A stretch of DNA of 64,000 nucleotides from an uncultured cyanobacterium (GTDB lineage: Bacteria; Cyanobacteriota; Cyanobacteriia; Cyanobacteriales; Xenococcaceae), in the NCBI GenBank assembly GCA_963724445.1, contig CAVRWR010000029.1:12391-76390 (forward strand). The letters are read 5' to 3'. The notes under the pieces are model-generated. The model worked only from the letters and a program-made list of their open reading frames with translations, had not been told where the DNA came from and did no database searches. The position numbers and the translations under genes are program-made. Position 1 is the stretch's first letter, and each line of letters opens with the position of its first letter. Positions 32,121-41,603 of the stretch are shown here, in pieces.

Positions 32121-33026
32121 GTGTCTAAAAACTGGATAGTTTCGTTGATCGCTGGTGCTGCTATTGCTAGTTTGTCTTTACCTGCAAGAGGTCAGGCTGT
32201 ATTACCTTATATTCCTAAACTAGATTCGGAAAAATTAGAATCACAAGGCTTACAGCTACTTCAGGATGCGGTTCAGTTAATTCGCTTTCAACAATACGAT
32301 TTAGCCTTGCCCAGAGCAGAATTAGCCACTCAACTAGCCCCAAATAATTATGATGTATGGTTCATCTTAGGTAGTCTATACGTTCAGCAGGAAAAATTAG
32401 ATAAAGGAATTGAGTCCTTAACTAAGGCTGAAAAATTAGCACCTGAACAAGCAGGAGTTTTACTCAGACTAGGTGAGGCATATTTTCAAAAGGGTGATTA
32501 CGAAGCAGCAGAGGAAAAATTAGAGGCAGGGTTAGAGATAGAAGGTAACTCATCTGAGGCACTATTTAGCTTAGGTAATACTTACCTAAAGTTAACTAAG
32601 TATGATGAGGCGATCGATGCCTACGAAGATGCCTTTGCTCAGGAAAAGACATTTTGGCCTGCGTTGAATAATGTTGGGTTGGTAGAATATGAGCAGGGTA
32701 ATTACGACGAAGCAATCGCTAAATGGGAATCAGTAATTAAAGTCGATCAAAAACAGGCAGAACCCCAGCTAGCTTTAGCGGTGGCTCTTTTTACTGAAGG
32801 CGAAGTTGATGAAGCGATTAAACTAGGAAAAGCCGCTTTAGAACTAGATAATCGCTATGCTGATATTCAGTTTTTGGAAGAGAATCTTTGGGGAGAACAG
32901 CTAATTGAAGATACTCGCGAGTTTTTAAATAATCCTCAAATCCAAGAGATCGTTTCCAATTACCAACAGTCTCCCCCAGAAGCATCACCTGCCGAAAACC
33001 ATGGAGTTCCTATCCCGACTCCTTAA
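32121..33026 (+). CDS. Tetratricopeptide repeat protein (secreted)
   Basis: Signal peptide and repeated TPR patterns (WFILGSLY, LGEAYFQKGDY, LGNTYL, NNVGLVEY). Confidence 0.9.
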   Translation: MSKNWIVSLIAGAAIASLSLPARGQAVLPYIPKLDSEKLESQGLQLLQDAVQLIRFQQYDLALPRAELATQLAPNNYDVWFILGSLYVQQEKLDKGIESLTKAEKLAPEQAGVLLRLGEAYFQKGDYEAAEEKLEAGLEIEGNSSEALFSLGNTYLKLTKYDEAIDAYEDAFAQEKTFWPALNNVGLVEYEQGNYDEAIAKWESVIKVDQKQAEPQLALAVALFTEGEVDEAIKLGKAALELDNRYADIQFLEENLWGEQLIEDTREFLNNPQIQEIVSNYQQSPPEASPAENHGVPIPTP

Positions 33027-33051
33027 TAGTTTTTAATATTAGGGAGTCGGG
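33014..33051. terminator. Hairpin between the convergent TPR and pirin genes
   Basis: cccgactccttaata...tattagggagtcggg. Confidence 0.65.
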
Positions 33052-33073
33052 CATAAGGGAAAAGGACAATTGT

Positions 33074-33778
33074 TTACTTTGCCAGATCGAACAGCAGGAT
33101 TTCGCTATCTAAATCATGTCCTGCGATCGCTATCTCAGATTCCTCAGTAATTGCCGCACCATCTCCAGCCTGTAGCAAGCGATCTCCAAGGTTGATTTTT
33201 CCTTTGGTTACCTGTAGCCATACTGCACGATTGTTGCCGATTTGCTGGGTAATGCGATCGCTCTGGGTTAGGGAGCCAAGATAGAGGTTTACGTCTTGAT
33301 GGATAGTTACAGAATTGTCTCGTCCATCCCGTGAGCCTACTAGAGTTAATTTGCCTTGTTTTATTTTTGAGCTAAAGTTTTTTTCTTCATAGCTAGGCTT
33401 TAATCCTTTTTGCTCTGGCATAATCCAAATCTGCAAGAAATGAACTGGATTAATCTTAGAAGCATTAAACTCACTGTGTCTTACACCAGTACCAGCAGAC
33501 ATTCTTTGCACATCTCCTGGACGAATGACAGAGCCGTTACCCATACTGTCTCGATGCTCTAGCTCACCGCTTAGGACATAGGAAATAATTTCCATATCTT
33601 GATGACCGTGAGTACCAAAACCCTTACCAGGAATTACCTTATCTTCATTAATCACCCGTAGACTAGCAAACCCCATATGCTGCGGATCGTAATAATGACC
33701 AAAAGAAAAGCTGTGTCTACTATCTAGCCAACCAAAGTTAGCTACGCCTCTTTGATCTTGGGGACGAATAGTAATCAC
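33074..33778 (-). CDS. Pirin family protein (YhhW-like)
   Basis: GWLDSRHSFSF, GFGTHGHQDMEI, MSAGTGVRHSE, FLQIWI. Confidence 0.95.
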   Translation of the reverse strand: MITIRPQDQRGVANFGWLDSRHSFSFGHYYDPQHMGFASLRVINEDKVIPGKGFGTHGHQDMEIISYVLSGELEHRDSMGNGSVIRPGDVQRMSAGTGVRHSEFNASKINPVHFLQIWIMPEQKGLKPSYEEKNFSSKIKQGKLTLVGSRDGRDNSVTIHQDVNLYLGSLTQSDRITQQIGNNRAVWLQVTKGKINLGDRLLQAGDGAAITEESEIAIAGHDLDSEILLFDLAK

Positions 33779-33813
33779 TTGGTTTTACCTCCGTGGCTGT
33801 TATTTCACCAACG

Positions 33814-33856
33814 GTCACAGATTACTCCGCCGTAAAACGACGGAGTAATCTGTGAC
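33814..33856. repeat. Long inverted repeat (16-bp perfect arms) in the pirin/LysR intergenic region
   Basis: gtcacagattactccg-ccgtaaaacga-cggagtaatctgtgac. Confidence 0.9.
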
Positions 33857-33888
33857 TATATTTATTATGAATTAGATTTAAATAAAAG

Positions 33889-33933
33889 ACAATATGATAT
33901 TTAATAGACATATTGTATCTATATATTCTACAA
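33889..33933. promoter_or_regulatory. Candidate LysR operator palindromes
   Basis: acaatatg...catattgt and ttgta-N11-tacaa dyads immediately upstream of a divergent LysR gene. Confidence 0.4.
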
Positions 33934-33936
33934 TCT

Positions 33937-34827
33937 ATGGATAAGTTTGCCAGTATGGAAGCCTTTACTCAGGTAGTACAATCAGGAGGGTTTGCCGCCG
34001 CCGCCAGAAAGATGGGGGTATCGCGATCAACAGTCAATAAATTGGTGATCAATTTAGAAAATGAATTGAAGGTACAGCTCTTACAACGAAGCACCCGTAA
34101 GGTAAACCCTACACCTACAGGATTAGCCTTTTACGAACGATGTCTTAATATTCTGGCAGAATTGGCAGCAGCAGAAGTAGCGGTATCTGAACTGCAAACT
34201 GAACCGAAAGGAACTTTGAAAATCAATGCACCGATGTCCTTTGGTACTCTGTATTTAGGTAAAGCGATCGCCGAATTTACTGCTCAATATCCAGAATTGC
34301 AGATACAGTTAACCTTAGACGATCGCTTTATCGATCCCATTGCCGAAGGCTACGATCTAACTATTAGAATCTCTCAGCCCGAAACATCACCCAGCTTAGT
34401 CTGTCAGGAGATCGCCCCTGTATCGAGGGTTCTTTGTGCGTCTCCTGGTTATCTAGAAAAACAGGGTACTCCCCATCATCCCAGTGAATTGAGCCAACAT
34501 TCCTGTTTACATTACGGACAGATCGTGACAGGAAACCAATGGCAGTTAAATAACGGCGATCGAGAATATCAGATAACAGTAAAAGGCGTACTTTGTTCTA
34601 ATAATGGCGAAGTACTAAAAGATGCAGCAGTACAAGGTTTGGGTATAGCTTTATTACCCACCTTTATTATTGAGCCAGAATTGAAGCAGGGAACCCTAGC
34701 GATCATTTTGCCTGATTATCAACCACCCGCAATCGATCTCTGCCTTATCTATCCTCTGAATCGGCACTTAAATACAAAAATCAAACTATTCGTAGAATTC
34801 TTTCGGCAAAAATTTGCCATGTTATAA
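33937..34827 (+). CDS. LysR family transcriptional regulator (CrgA/DmlR-like)
   Basis: [11 protein letters not shown]...[15 protein letters not shown] helix-turn-helix; divergent from pirin. Confidence 0.95.
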   Translation: MDKFASMEAFTQVVQSGGFAAAARKMGVSRSTVNKLVINLENELKVQLLQRSTRKVNPTPTGLAFYERCLNILAELAAAEVAVSELQTEPKGTLKINAPMSFGTLYLGKAIAEFTAQYPELQIQLTLDDRFIDPIAEGYDLTIRISQPETSPSLVCQEIAPVSRVLCASPGYLEKQGTPHHPSELSQHSCLHYGQIVTGNQWQLNNGDREYQITVKGVLCSNNGEVLKDAAVQGLGIALLPTFIIEPELKQGTLAIILPDYQPPAIDLCLIYPLNRHLNTKIKLFVEFFRQKFAML

Positions 34828-34919
34828 AGGCGATCACACTGTCTAATAATATTATTATTGCGAATATTTAGACTCTGCCAAGAGCGATCGCTTCATCTAA
34901 AGTCATATTTAAAGCATCT

Positions 34920-35030
34920 ATGGGCGTTGCATCATTATGGGATGGTTGGGTTTGACTCGGGGACTTGGAGACTGGGGGAATAATAAATCGTTACTCTGCC
35001 TAAATCATCTCGTAACTATACAACGTCCAT
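34920..35030. mobile_element. Degenerate MITE-like element with about 25-bp imperfect terminal inverted repeats
   Basis: Left atgggcgttgcatcattatgggatg versus reverse complement of right atggacgttgtatagttacgagatg. Confidence 0.6.
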
Positions 35031-35056
35031 CTAAGTAGGACAATCTAATTATCCAT

Positions 35057-35087
35057 CGGATGGGTTTCGCTATTGCTCTACCCATCT
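35057..35087 (-). repeat. REP-like palindrome
   Basis: Reverse complement agatgggtagagcaatagcgaaacccatccg. Confidence 0.65.
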
Positions 35088-35147
35088 ATTAAAGATAGCT
35101 TCTACTCATAATAGTTTTTTCACTGTGCAAAAGCGATCGCAATACAA

Positions 35148-35795
35148 TTAAAGTATCTCAATAACTCCTGCAATTAGTTTCCAACAAGATAGTTCATCAT
35201 CATTACTTTTGCGCCAGGGTTGTGCAAGGCTAACAGTAAATAAACACTCTTTATTGTCGATATTGACACCATTTTTCAACTTATCAATAAAAGCTATGTC
35301 TGTAATTTTTGCCTTGAATTCCTTTTGATCGGACATTAACAACCAAGCTTCCCATTTTTGATATTGGTTTTGGCGTATTTGCTTGACAGTTGCTTTTACT
35401 AATTGCAATGTGCGTCTTTGATCGGGCTGTAATGAATCTAAAAAAGACTTTGGAACTGATTGAGGGTATTGACTATAAAAGATTTTTGGTTCGCAGTACT
35501 CTAGTAGGCTATTGGGGAAAGCTTGTCCTATTTTTTTCCATTTTCCTGGTAGCATTCTTAGATTCTCACATTGAAAACTTATACCCTCATCTTTATCTTT
35601 ATCTTTATCCAAGGGAATATCTAGAATGTCTAATAGTTGAGGCTCTTTATTATTAACCAAACATATATTTGTAGAAACTCTACCATCATCTAAATCTGAC
35701 ACAGGACGAATCCACTTTTCCGTACAAATATCAATGCCAGCAATACAACGATCTCCATTTTTTTTTGAGTTAGCCAAACAAATAATTTTAACCAT
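35148..35795 (-). CDS. Dual OB-fold domain-containing protein
   Basis: IICLANSKK.GDRCIAG...WIRPVS, QCEN, KITD, TVSL, CWKLIAGV pattern recalled for this family; third gene of a DUF488 operon. Confidence 0.75.
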   Translation of the reverse strand: MVKIICLANSKKNGDRCIAGIDICTEKWIRPVSDLDDGRVSTNICLVNNKEPQLLDILDIPLDKDKDKDEGISFQCENLRMLPGKWKKIGQAFPNSLLEYCEPKIFYSQYPQSVPKSFLDSLQPDQRRTLQLVKATVKQIRQNQYQKWEAWLLMSDQKEFKAKITDIAFIDKLKNGVNIDNKECLFTVSLAQPWRKSNDDELSCWKLIAGVIEIL

Positions 35796-35813
35796 GAATA
35801 TATATATAGATAT

Positions 35814-36270
35814 CTAAAGGTGATATATATTTATATTTCCCAATTTATTATTTAAATATTCAGCAACTAAACGACGATGACAATTATGGGGTTTAGCTTC
35901 GCTACATAACAGACATCCTCCATCAAGAAGTTCTGATGATACTTTGTTTTCTATCTGCCTCTGTTTCATTAAATCTAGAAAACTTTTTTCATAAGTATCC
36001 CAATCGCCTTTTTTCTTCTTATAGTTATTAAGAATATCTTTAGTGGGTGCCAAATCTAATATATGTATATATTCAATACCTGCAATCTCTTTTAAAAAAT
36101 ATTCTAAATCTTTTCGTTTAGCAAAACCTGCTAATTGAGAAATATTATTTAATCGGGTATCAATAATACGCTTTACTCCAGATTTAGATACAAGAGTAAA
36201 AAAATCTTGTGCTGTCTTTTTTGTAAAGCCAATAGTAAATAAATTAATACTTGGAGATTTGTTTTTTCAT
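35814..36270 (-). CDS. DUF488 family protein (copy 2); start broken by a homopolymer frameshift
   Basis: Manual extension gives INLFTIGFTKKTAQDFF...IIDTRLNNISQLAGFAKRKDL in frame with LLCSEAKPHNCHRRLVAEYL; ATG at 36270 is offset by an A6 run. Confidence 0.85.
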
Positions 36271-36272
36271 TA

Positions 36273-36922
36273 TTATTTGTTTTTATAGGCAATTTTATTA
36301 CCTAATCTATATAAGCTCTTTCTAAAAATTCTTCTCTAGAAACAGAGACTGATTTGTTAATAAATTGAGCAGATTCAAATAAATCAAGCTGTAATACTTC
36401 TGGAAGTTTAATTGATTTTTTTCTAGGTCAAATCCATATAAATCCAATAATCTATCTTCTAATTGAGAATGAGACTCTATAGTATTTTCATCAATAATAT
36501 GATCTATTTTGATCTCTAATTGTCGTAATTGCTTACAAATTAAAATAGTGCGGTGACAGGTCATAGGATCTTTTTCCGAACACATTAAAGCAATACAGTA
36601 TGAGTTCAACCCTGTTGAGTATACGTTCAATACCAACTTTAAAAGAGATAGAATTGGCAATTTTTTTATATACTGCTCTGCCATTAATATAGCAGCTTAA
36701 ATCTTTTGGTCTAGCTCCTAATTCATTACCCACAAATACATATTTTATCTTGGCTTTTAATAGCTCAAATTTTAGTAAATCTCTATTAAAGTGGGGTAAA
36801 TAGCCACTATAAGGATGAGAACGTACATCCGCAATCGCACTGATTTCATATTTATGAAGTAAGCTAATAAAATCTTCAATACTAAGGTTAGAATGTCCAA
36901 CCGTAAACAGTTGTTTAGACAT
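36273..36922 (-). CDS. DUF488 family protein (copy 1), with several frameshifts
   Basis: LFTVGHSN, ADVRSHPYS...PHFN, ELGAR, then ALMCSEKDPMTCHR; C-terminus QLDLF...GNKIAYKNK* recovered in other frames. Confidence 0.85.
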
Positions 36923-37059
36923 AGACTATTTTAAGCATTATTAACCTATATTACTGCCAATTTTATCAATCGTCTGTAAAGACAATTGAAGAAATGAATA
37001 ATATCGATAGTTTTTTAATTTAGGTAGGGACAATCCAAAATCGTTTCCCAAATTTTAAT

Positions 37060-37163
37060 TAATTAAAATTTGCCTTTCAAGACAGCATTACAACGATCTC
37101 ATATAGTCGGATCGTCAGCAAAACTACCAACAGACAAGAGAATAATTCCAGAGCAGCGATCGC
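37060..37163 (-). pseudogene. Decayed duplicate of the ileS 3' end
   Basis: Direct repeat of 37615-37715 with substitutions and indels; in gene orientation the homology starts at HIP1 (37156-37163). Confidence 0.92.
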
Positions 37164-37177
37164 CTTAACCTCTAGCT

Positions 37178-37384
37178 TTAATTACTTTTTGTCTGAGTTA
37201 GTTTTTGCCGAATTAAATTATCAACTTCTTTAATTTCTTCTGAAGATTGTGCCATAGAATATGTTGTGGAATCAGCTTCCGAGGTAAAGCGATCTACAAA
37301 GGCGTAAAATGCAGCTTTATTGCCAGGATGTTTAACCAAATAAGCTCTTAATTCAGTTTTATTCATAGTGTTGAAGTCAGTCAC
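37178..37384 (-). CDS. Small protein, DUF6887-like
   Basis: DFNTMNKTELRAYLVKHPGNKAAFYAFVDR; GTG start overlaps the upstream TAG (TAGTG); family name from recall. Confidence 0.7.
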   Translation of the reverse strand: MTDFNTMNKTELRAYLVKHPGNKAAFYAFVDRFTSEADSTTYSMAQSSEEIKEVDNLIRQKLTQTKSN

Positions 37385-37563
37385 TATAAAAATCTCCAAT
37401 AACCGTTTTTATAGATTTCAATCTGTAAATCTTCACCAGCAAGTATAAAAACATTGCCAGTTCGTTCGTCTATTCTAACAATATAGATTGGTGTAAAAGT
37501 ATTTGTTAGAGATTGACACAATATTACGCAAGTAGTTCCTTGTTTAGCAGTTGGTAAAATAAT
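37384..37563 (-). CDS. Small protein, DUF6888-like (absent from the ORF track)
   Basis: Manual translation IILPTAKQGTTCVILCQSLTNTFTPIYIVRIDERTGNVFILAGEDLQIEIYKNGYWRFL*; start is ATT, or an ATG at 37567 offset by an indel; family name from recall. Confidence 0.65.
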   Translation of the reverse strand: MILPTAKQGTTCVILCQSLTNTFTPIYIVRIDERTGNVFILAGEDLQIEIYKNGYWRFL

Positions 37564-37617
37564 TCATCACAGATAGTAGAAAAGGGACAATTAATGACAT
37601 CATTCCTGGAAAAATAA

Positions 37618-40531
37618 TTAAAACTCGCCTTTCAAGGCAGCATTACAGCGATCGCATATAGTCGGATCGTCGGCAAAACTACCAACAGATAAAGAATAAT
37701 TCCAACAGCGATCGCATTTCTCACCATCAGCTTTCACGACAGAAATATTTGCAATCTCTGATTCGCTTTTATATTCCGCATCGGGAAGAGAATCGACAAG
37801 CTCAACTTGAGAAGCTAAGAAAGAAATAGCGTAACTCATCTACATCCTTTTCACTAATATTATCGGCAGAATTATATGATGCCAGCTTATTATTTAATTC
37901 CGCATCAGAAACATGAAGCAATACTTTAGCATCCAGAGAAGAACCGATCGCTTTATCTGTTCTAGCTTGTTCCATTACCTTATTGACTTCATCTCTTAGA
38001 TTAGCAATAGTTCCCCAAAATTCATTTAGTTCGGGTTTTTGCCATTCAGCTTTAATTTCTACCCAACCTGATTCAAACACGGATTTATAACCAGTGTCAT
38101 AGGGTAAGGCTTGCCAGATATCTTCTGCCATGTGGCACAATACAGGTGCGATCGCTTTGGCAATGTTTTCAATAGCGATCGCTAATACTGTCTGACAGCT
38201 ACGACGACGGAAGGAATTTAGACTGCTGATATACAGTCTATCTTTAGCGATATCGAGATAGAAGTTAGATAGATCTACTACACAGAAGTTTTGGATCGCT
38301 TGGAAGAAGCGGAAGAATTGATAGCTATCATAAGCTTCGGTAACTTCAGCAAATACTTCGGTCATGCGATGCAGCATATACTTATCTAATTCTGGTAAGT
38401 CTGCATAAGCCACAGCATTTTGCTTCGGATCGAAATCGTGTAAGTTACCCAGTAAAAAACGAGCCGTATTACGCATCTTGCGGTACATATCGGAAGTCTG
38501 CTTGATGATATTTTTACCAATACGAACATCAGAAGTATAATCGACGGAAGATACCCACAGACGTAGTACATCTGCACCATAAGCAGGTTCTTGTTTTTGA
38601 TTGTTTCCCCCTTCGATGATTAATTCAGGAGCAATACCGTTACCCTTAGACTTACTCATCTTAAAGCCTTTCTCATCCACCACATAGCCATGAGTAAGAA
38701 CAGTTTTGTAGGGTGCAATGCCGTTAACCGCAACGCTAGTAAGTAAGCTAGATTGAAACCAACCTCGATGTTGATCGCTTCCTTCTAGATACATATCTAC
38801 AGGATATTTTAAGTTTCTGCCCTTAGCTACCGCAGCCCAAGATGAACCAGAATCAAACCAGACATCCATCGTATCTGTACCTTTGCGATAGGTGCGTCCA
38901 TTATTGCGATATCGTTCGGGCAGTAATTCCTCTACGGATAATTCCCACCAAGCATCAGAACCTTTTTCGGCAACGATCGCCTTAACATGATCAATCGTTT
39001 CTTCTGTTAATAATGGTTCATTTGTCTCCTCATCAAAAAAGGCAGGAATTGGTACACCCCAACTACGCTGACGGGAGATACACCAGTCAGAGCGATCGCT
39101 TACCATGGGCGTGATCCTTTTTTCTCCTTGAGCGGGAATCCAAGTTACGGTCGAAATAGCCTTTAATGCTTCGTCTCTAAACCCTTCTACTGAAGCAAAC
39201 CACTGTTCGGTGGCGCGGAAAATCGTTGGCTTACCTGTACGCCAGTCATAGGGATATTTGTGGGCATATTCCTCATGTTTGAGCAACGAACCTGCTTCTT
39301 TTAAGGCATCGATAATGGCTTGATTGCCTTCACTTACTTTCTCATTTCCCTTAGCGACTACCTGCAACCCTGCAAACTTACCTGCCTCTTCTGTGAATCT
39401 TCCCCCATCATCCACAGGAGAAAGAATAGGCAAACCATATTTTTGTCCCGTGATATAGTCTTCCTGTCCGTGTCCAGGTGCAGTGTGGACTAATCCTGTC
39501 CCAGATTCAGTAGTGATATAGTCGCCACCAATTACTACTTTGCTTTCGCGTTCAAACAAAGGATGATGATAAACAGTATTTTCTAAAGCTTTACCTGTCA
39601 GGGTAGTTTTAACCTTTAACTCTACTCCTAAAGTTGTCGCTAGCTTCTCGACTAAATCCTTGGCGACTATTAAATACGATTCCCCCTTGTCCCCCTTATC
39701 AAGGGGGGGCAAGGAGGCGGGGGTGTCTACTTCCACCACGGCATATTCTAATTCCTCATTAACTGCAACTGCTAAGTTACCAGGAATAGTCCAGGGAGTA
39801 GTAGTCCAAATAGCTACGCTAAGATTAGGCAAATATTTTTCTAATTCTGTTGCCCCTTCCCCCAATTTAGTTACAGGAAAAGCCACATAGATACTAGGAG
39901 ATGTATGTCCTTCCGGATATTCTAATTCCGCCTCTGCCAATGCCGTACGAGAGCTAGGACTCCAATGAACAGGCTTTAACCCGCGATAGATATGTCCTTT
40001 CAGTACCATCTGACCAAAGACATCAATTTGCGCTGCTTCGTAGTCAGGAGTCAAAGTTAAATAGGGATGTGACCAATCTCCCCAAATACCATAACGCTTA
40101 AAGCTTTCACACTGTTCCTGTTGCGCTTGAATCGCAAATTCTTTAGCTTTTTGTCGCAGCTTCAGAGGAGTTAACTCTTGTCGTTCTTTAGACTTGATCT
40201 TTTGCAGGACTTTTAATTCAATGGGCAGCCCGTGACAATCCCAGCCAGGAATATAGTTTATTTTATGTCCCTGCAATAACTTGTATTTGTTGATGATATC
40301 TTTTAGTACTTTATTCAACGCATGTCCCATATGGAGCGAACCATTGGCATAGGGAGGTCCATCATGGAGAATAAAGGATTCTTGAGGATTGTTTTGTGAC
40401 AGTTGCTCGTAAATCTGATTTTCCGCCCAAAATTGCTGTAATTCTGGTTCTCGTTGCACGGCATTCGCCCGCATATTAAATTCTGTTTGGGGCAGATTTA
40501 CGGTTTCTTTATAGCTTTTTGCTTCTGTCAC
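37618..40531 (-). CDS. ileS: Isoleucine--tRNA ligase (frameshift near 37821)
   Basis: [43 protein letters not shown]; C-terminal CDRC..CDRC zinc finger lies in the 37618-37839 frame. Confidence 0.97.
39680..39726. repeat. GC-rich small dispersed repeat inserted in frame in ileS
   Basis: tcccccttgtcccccttatcaagggggggcaaggaggcgggggtg, core hairpin ccccctt-atc-aaggggg; translates as [15 protein letters not shown]. Confidence 0.75.
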
Positions 40532-40733
40532 TTTTTTCTACGATCTGGCTAGAGGTTTTCGATCTATCTGTATATTATTATCCGATCTCACTACCGATTT
40601 CAGATTTTTATTTCACCAAACCATTTTCATCATCATTTTAAAAAGAACAATATCCTACTAAGTTTTGGTTGAATTTAGATTTTTATGAACCAGGTACAAT
40701 ATGGATTAGAGAGATTAGGTTATTTGAGAAAAC

Positions 40734-41465
40734 ATGAACCAGCATGACCGAGTAGTATTTGACCTGAAGGGATATATTGTTAAGCCAGCAGTGTTAACAG
40801 AAGATCGAGTTAAAGTTCTCAAAGAATTTGTTCTGCGCCAAAAAAATCGCCCTAAATCTCTACCTCGCCATGAACGTTATCTGCCTGGAGGTGCTTTTGC
40901 TCCACTGATCGACCATCCTGAAGTAATCGAGGTGCTGTTGGATGTAATCGATCCAGATTTAGCCAAGATCCGCTTAGAGAACGTCTTTTTGAGCTATCGA
41001 GAACAGGGAGATGGTGAATGGAATCCCCATGCAGGAGGGCGTACTACCAATCCTAACTATGCCTATAATTTTCACGATGGGCGGATTTATGCGGGAATGA
41101 CCCGAATAATCTGGGAGCTAGAGGAGGTAATAGAAGGTAAGGGGGGAACGTGCTTTATTCCTGGCAGCCACAAAGCCAACTATAATATACGTACCGATCC
41201 TCTTGCCACCATAGACCAACGAAATTCTGGACTGTGGTCCAGCTATGGCTGTCCGCCTGGATCTTTAATTATTTTTTCTGAAGCGGTAAGACATTCGGCT
41301 GACTTTTGGCAAAATCCGCATAACCCCCGCATAGCGATTTTTTGTGCCTATAACCACATCAATGTTCGCCACCATAAACCATCTACCCCTAAAGAAGTGA
41401 TTGCCCATCTATCCTCACAACACCAGCGATTTTTTAGAGACGTATATCATCCCTTATTTGATTAA
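40734..41465 (+). CDS. PhyH-like Fe(II)/2-oxoglutarate oxygenase
   Basis: FDLKGYIV start, GGTCFIPGSHK, PGSLIIFSEAVRHS, W...R. Confidence 0.85.
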   Translation: MNQHDRVVFDLKGYIVKPAVLTEDRVKVLKEFVLRQKNRPKSLPRHERYLPGGAFAPLIDHPEVIEVLLDVIDPDLAKIRLENVFLSYREQGDGEWNPHAGGRTTNPNYAYNFHDGRIYAGMTRIIWELEEVIEGKGGTCFIPGSHKANYNIRTDPLATIDQRNSGLWSSYGCPPGSLIIFSEAVRHSADFWQNPHNPRIAIFCAYNHINVRHHKPSTPKEVIAHLSSQHQRFFRDVYHPLFD

Positions 41466-41603
41466 TTATTTAATTATTTTCGCTCATCAGCTAATTAAAT
41501 TAAGTATTTTTACTCGATTGTTCCGCTAATTTGATTTCTATAATCAAAGAATATCTACAATGTAATAGCCTGTTGTTAATAATTAATGAATCACTTTTAA
41601 GCT

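Noticed and set aside
35031-37049. Similar gtagg(g)acaatc sequences on both sides of the DUF488 island as possible att sites
   Set aside because: Short and imperfect; the right copy looks like a decayed GTAGGGACAAT-type REP, so chance or repeat origin is more likely
37800-37840. Programmed frameshift producing IleRS with or without its zinc finger
   Set aside because: No canonical slippery site, and many similar single-base indels across the window point to sequencing error
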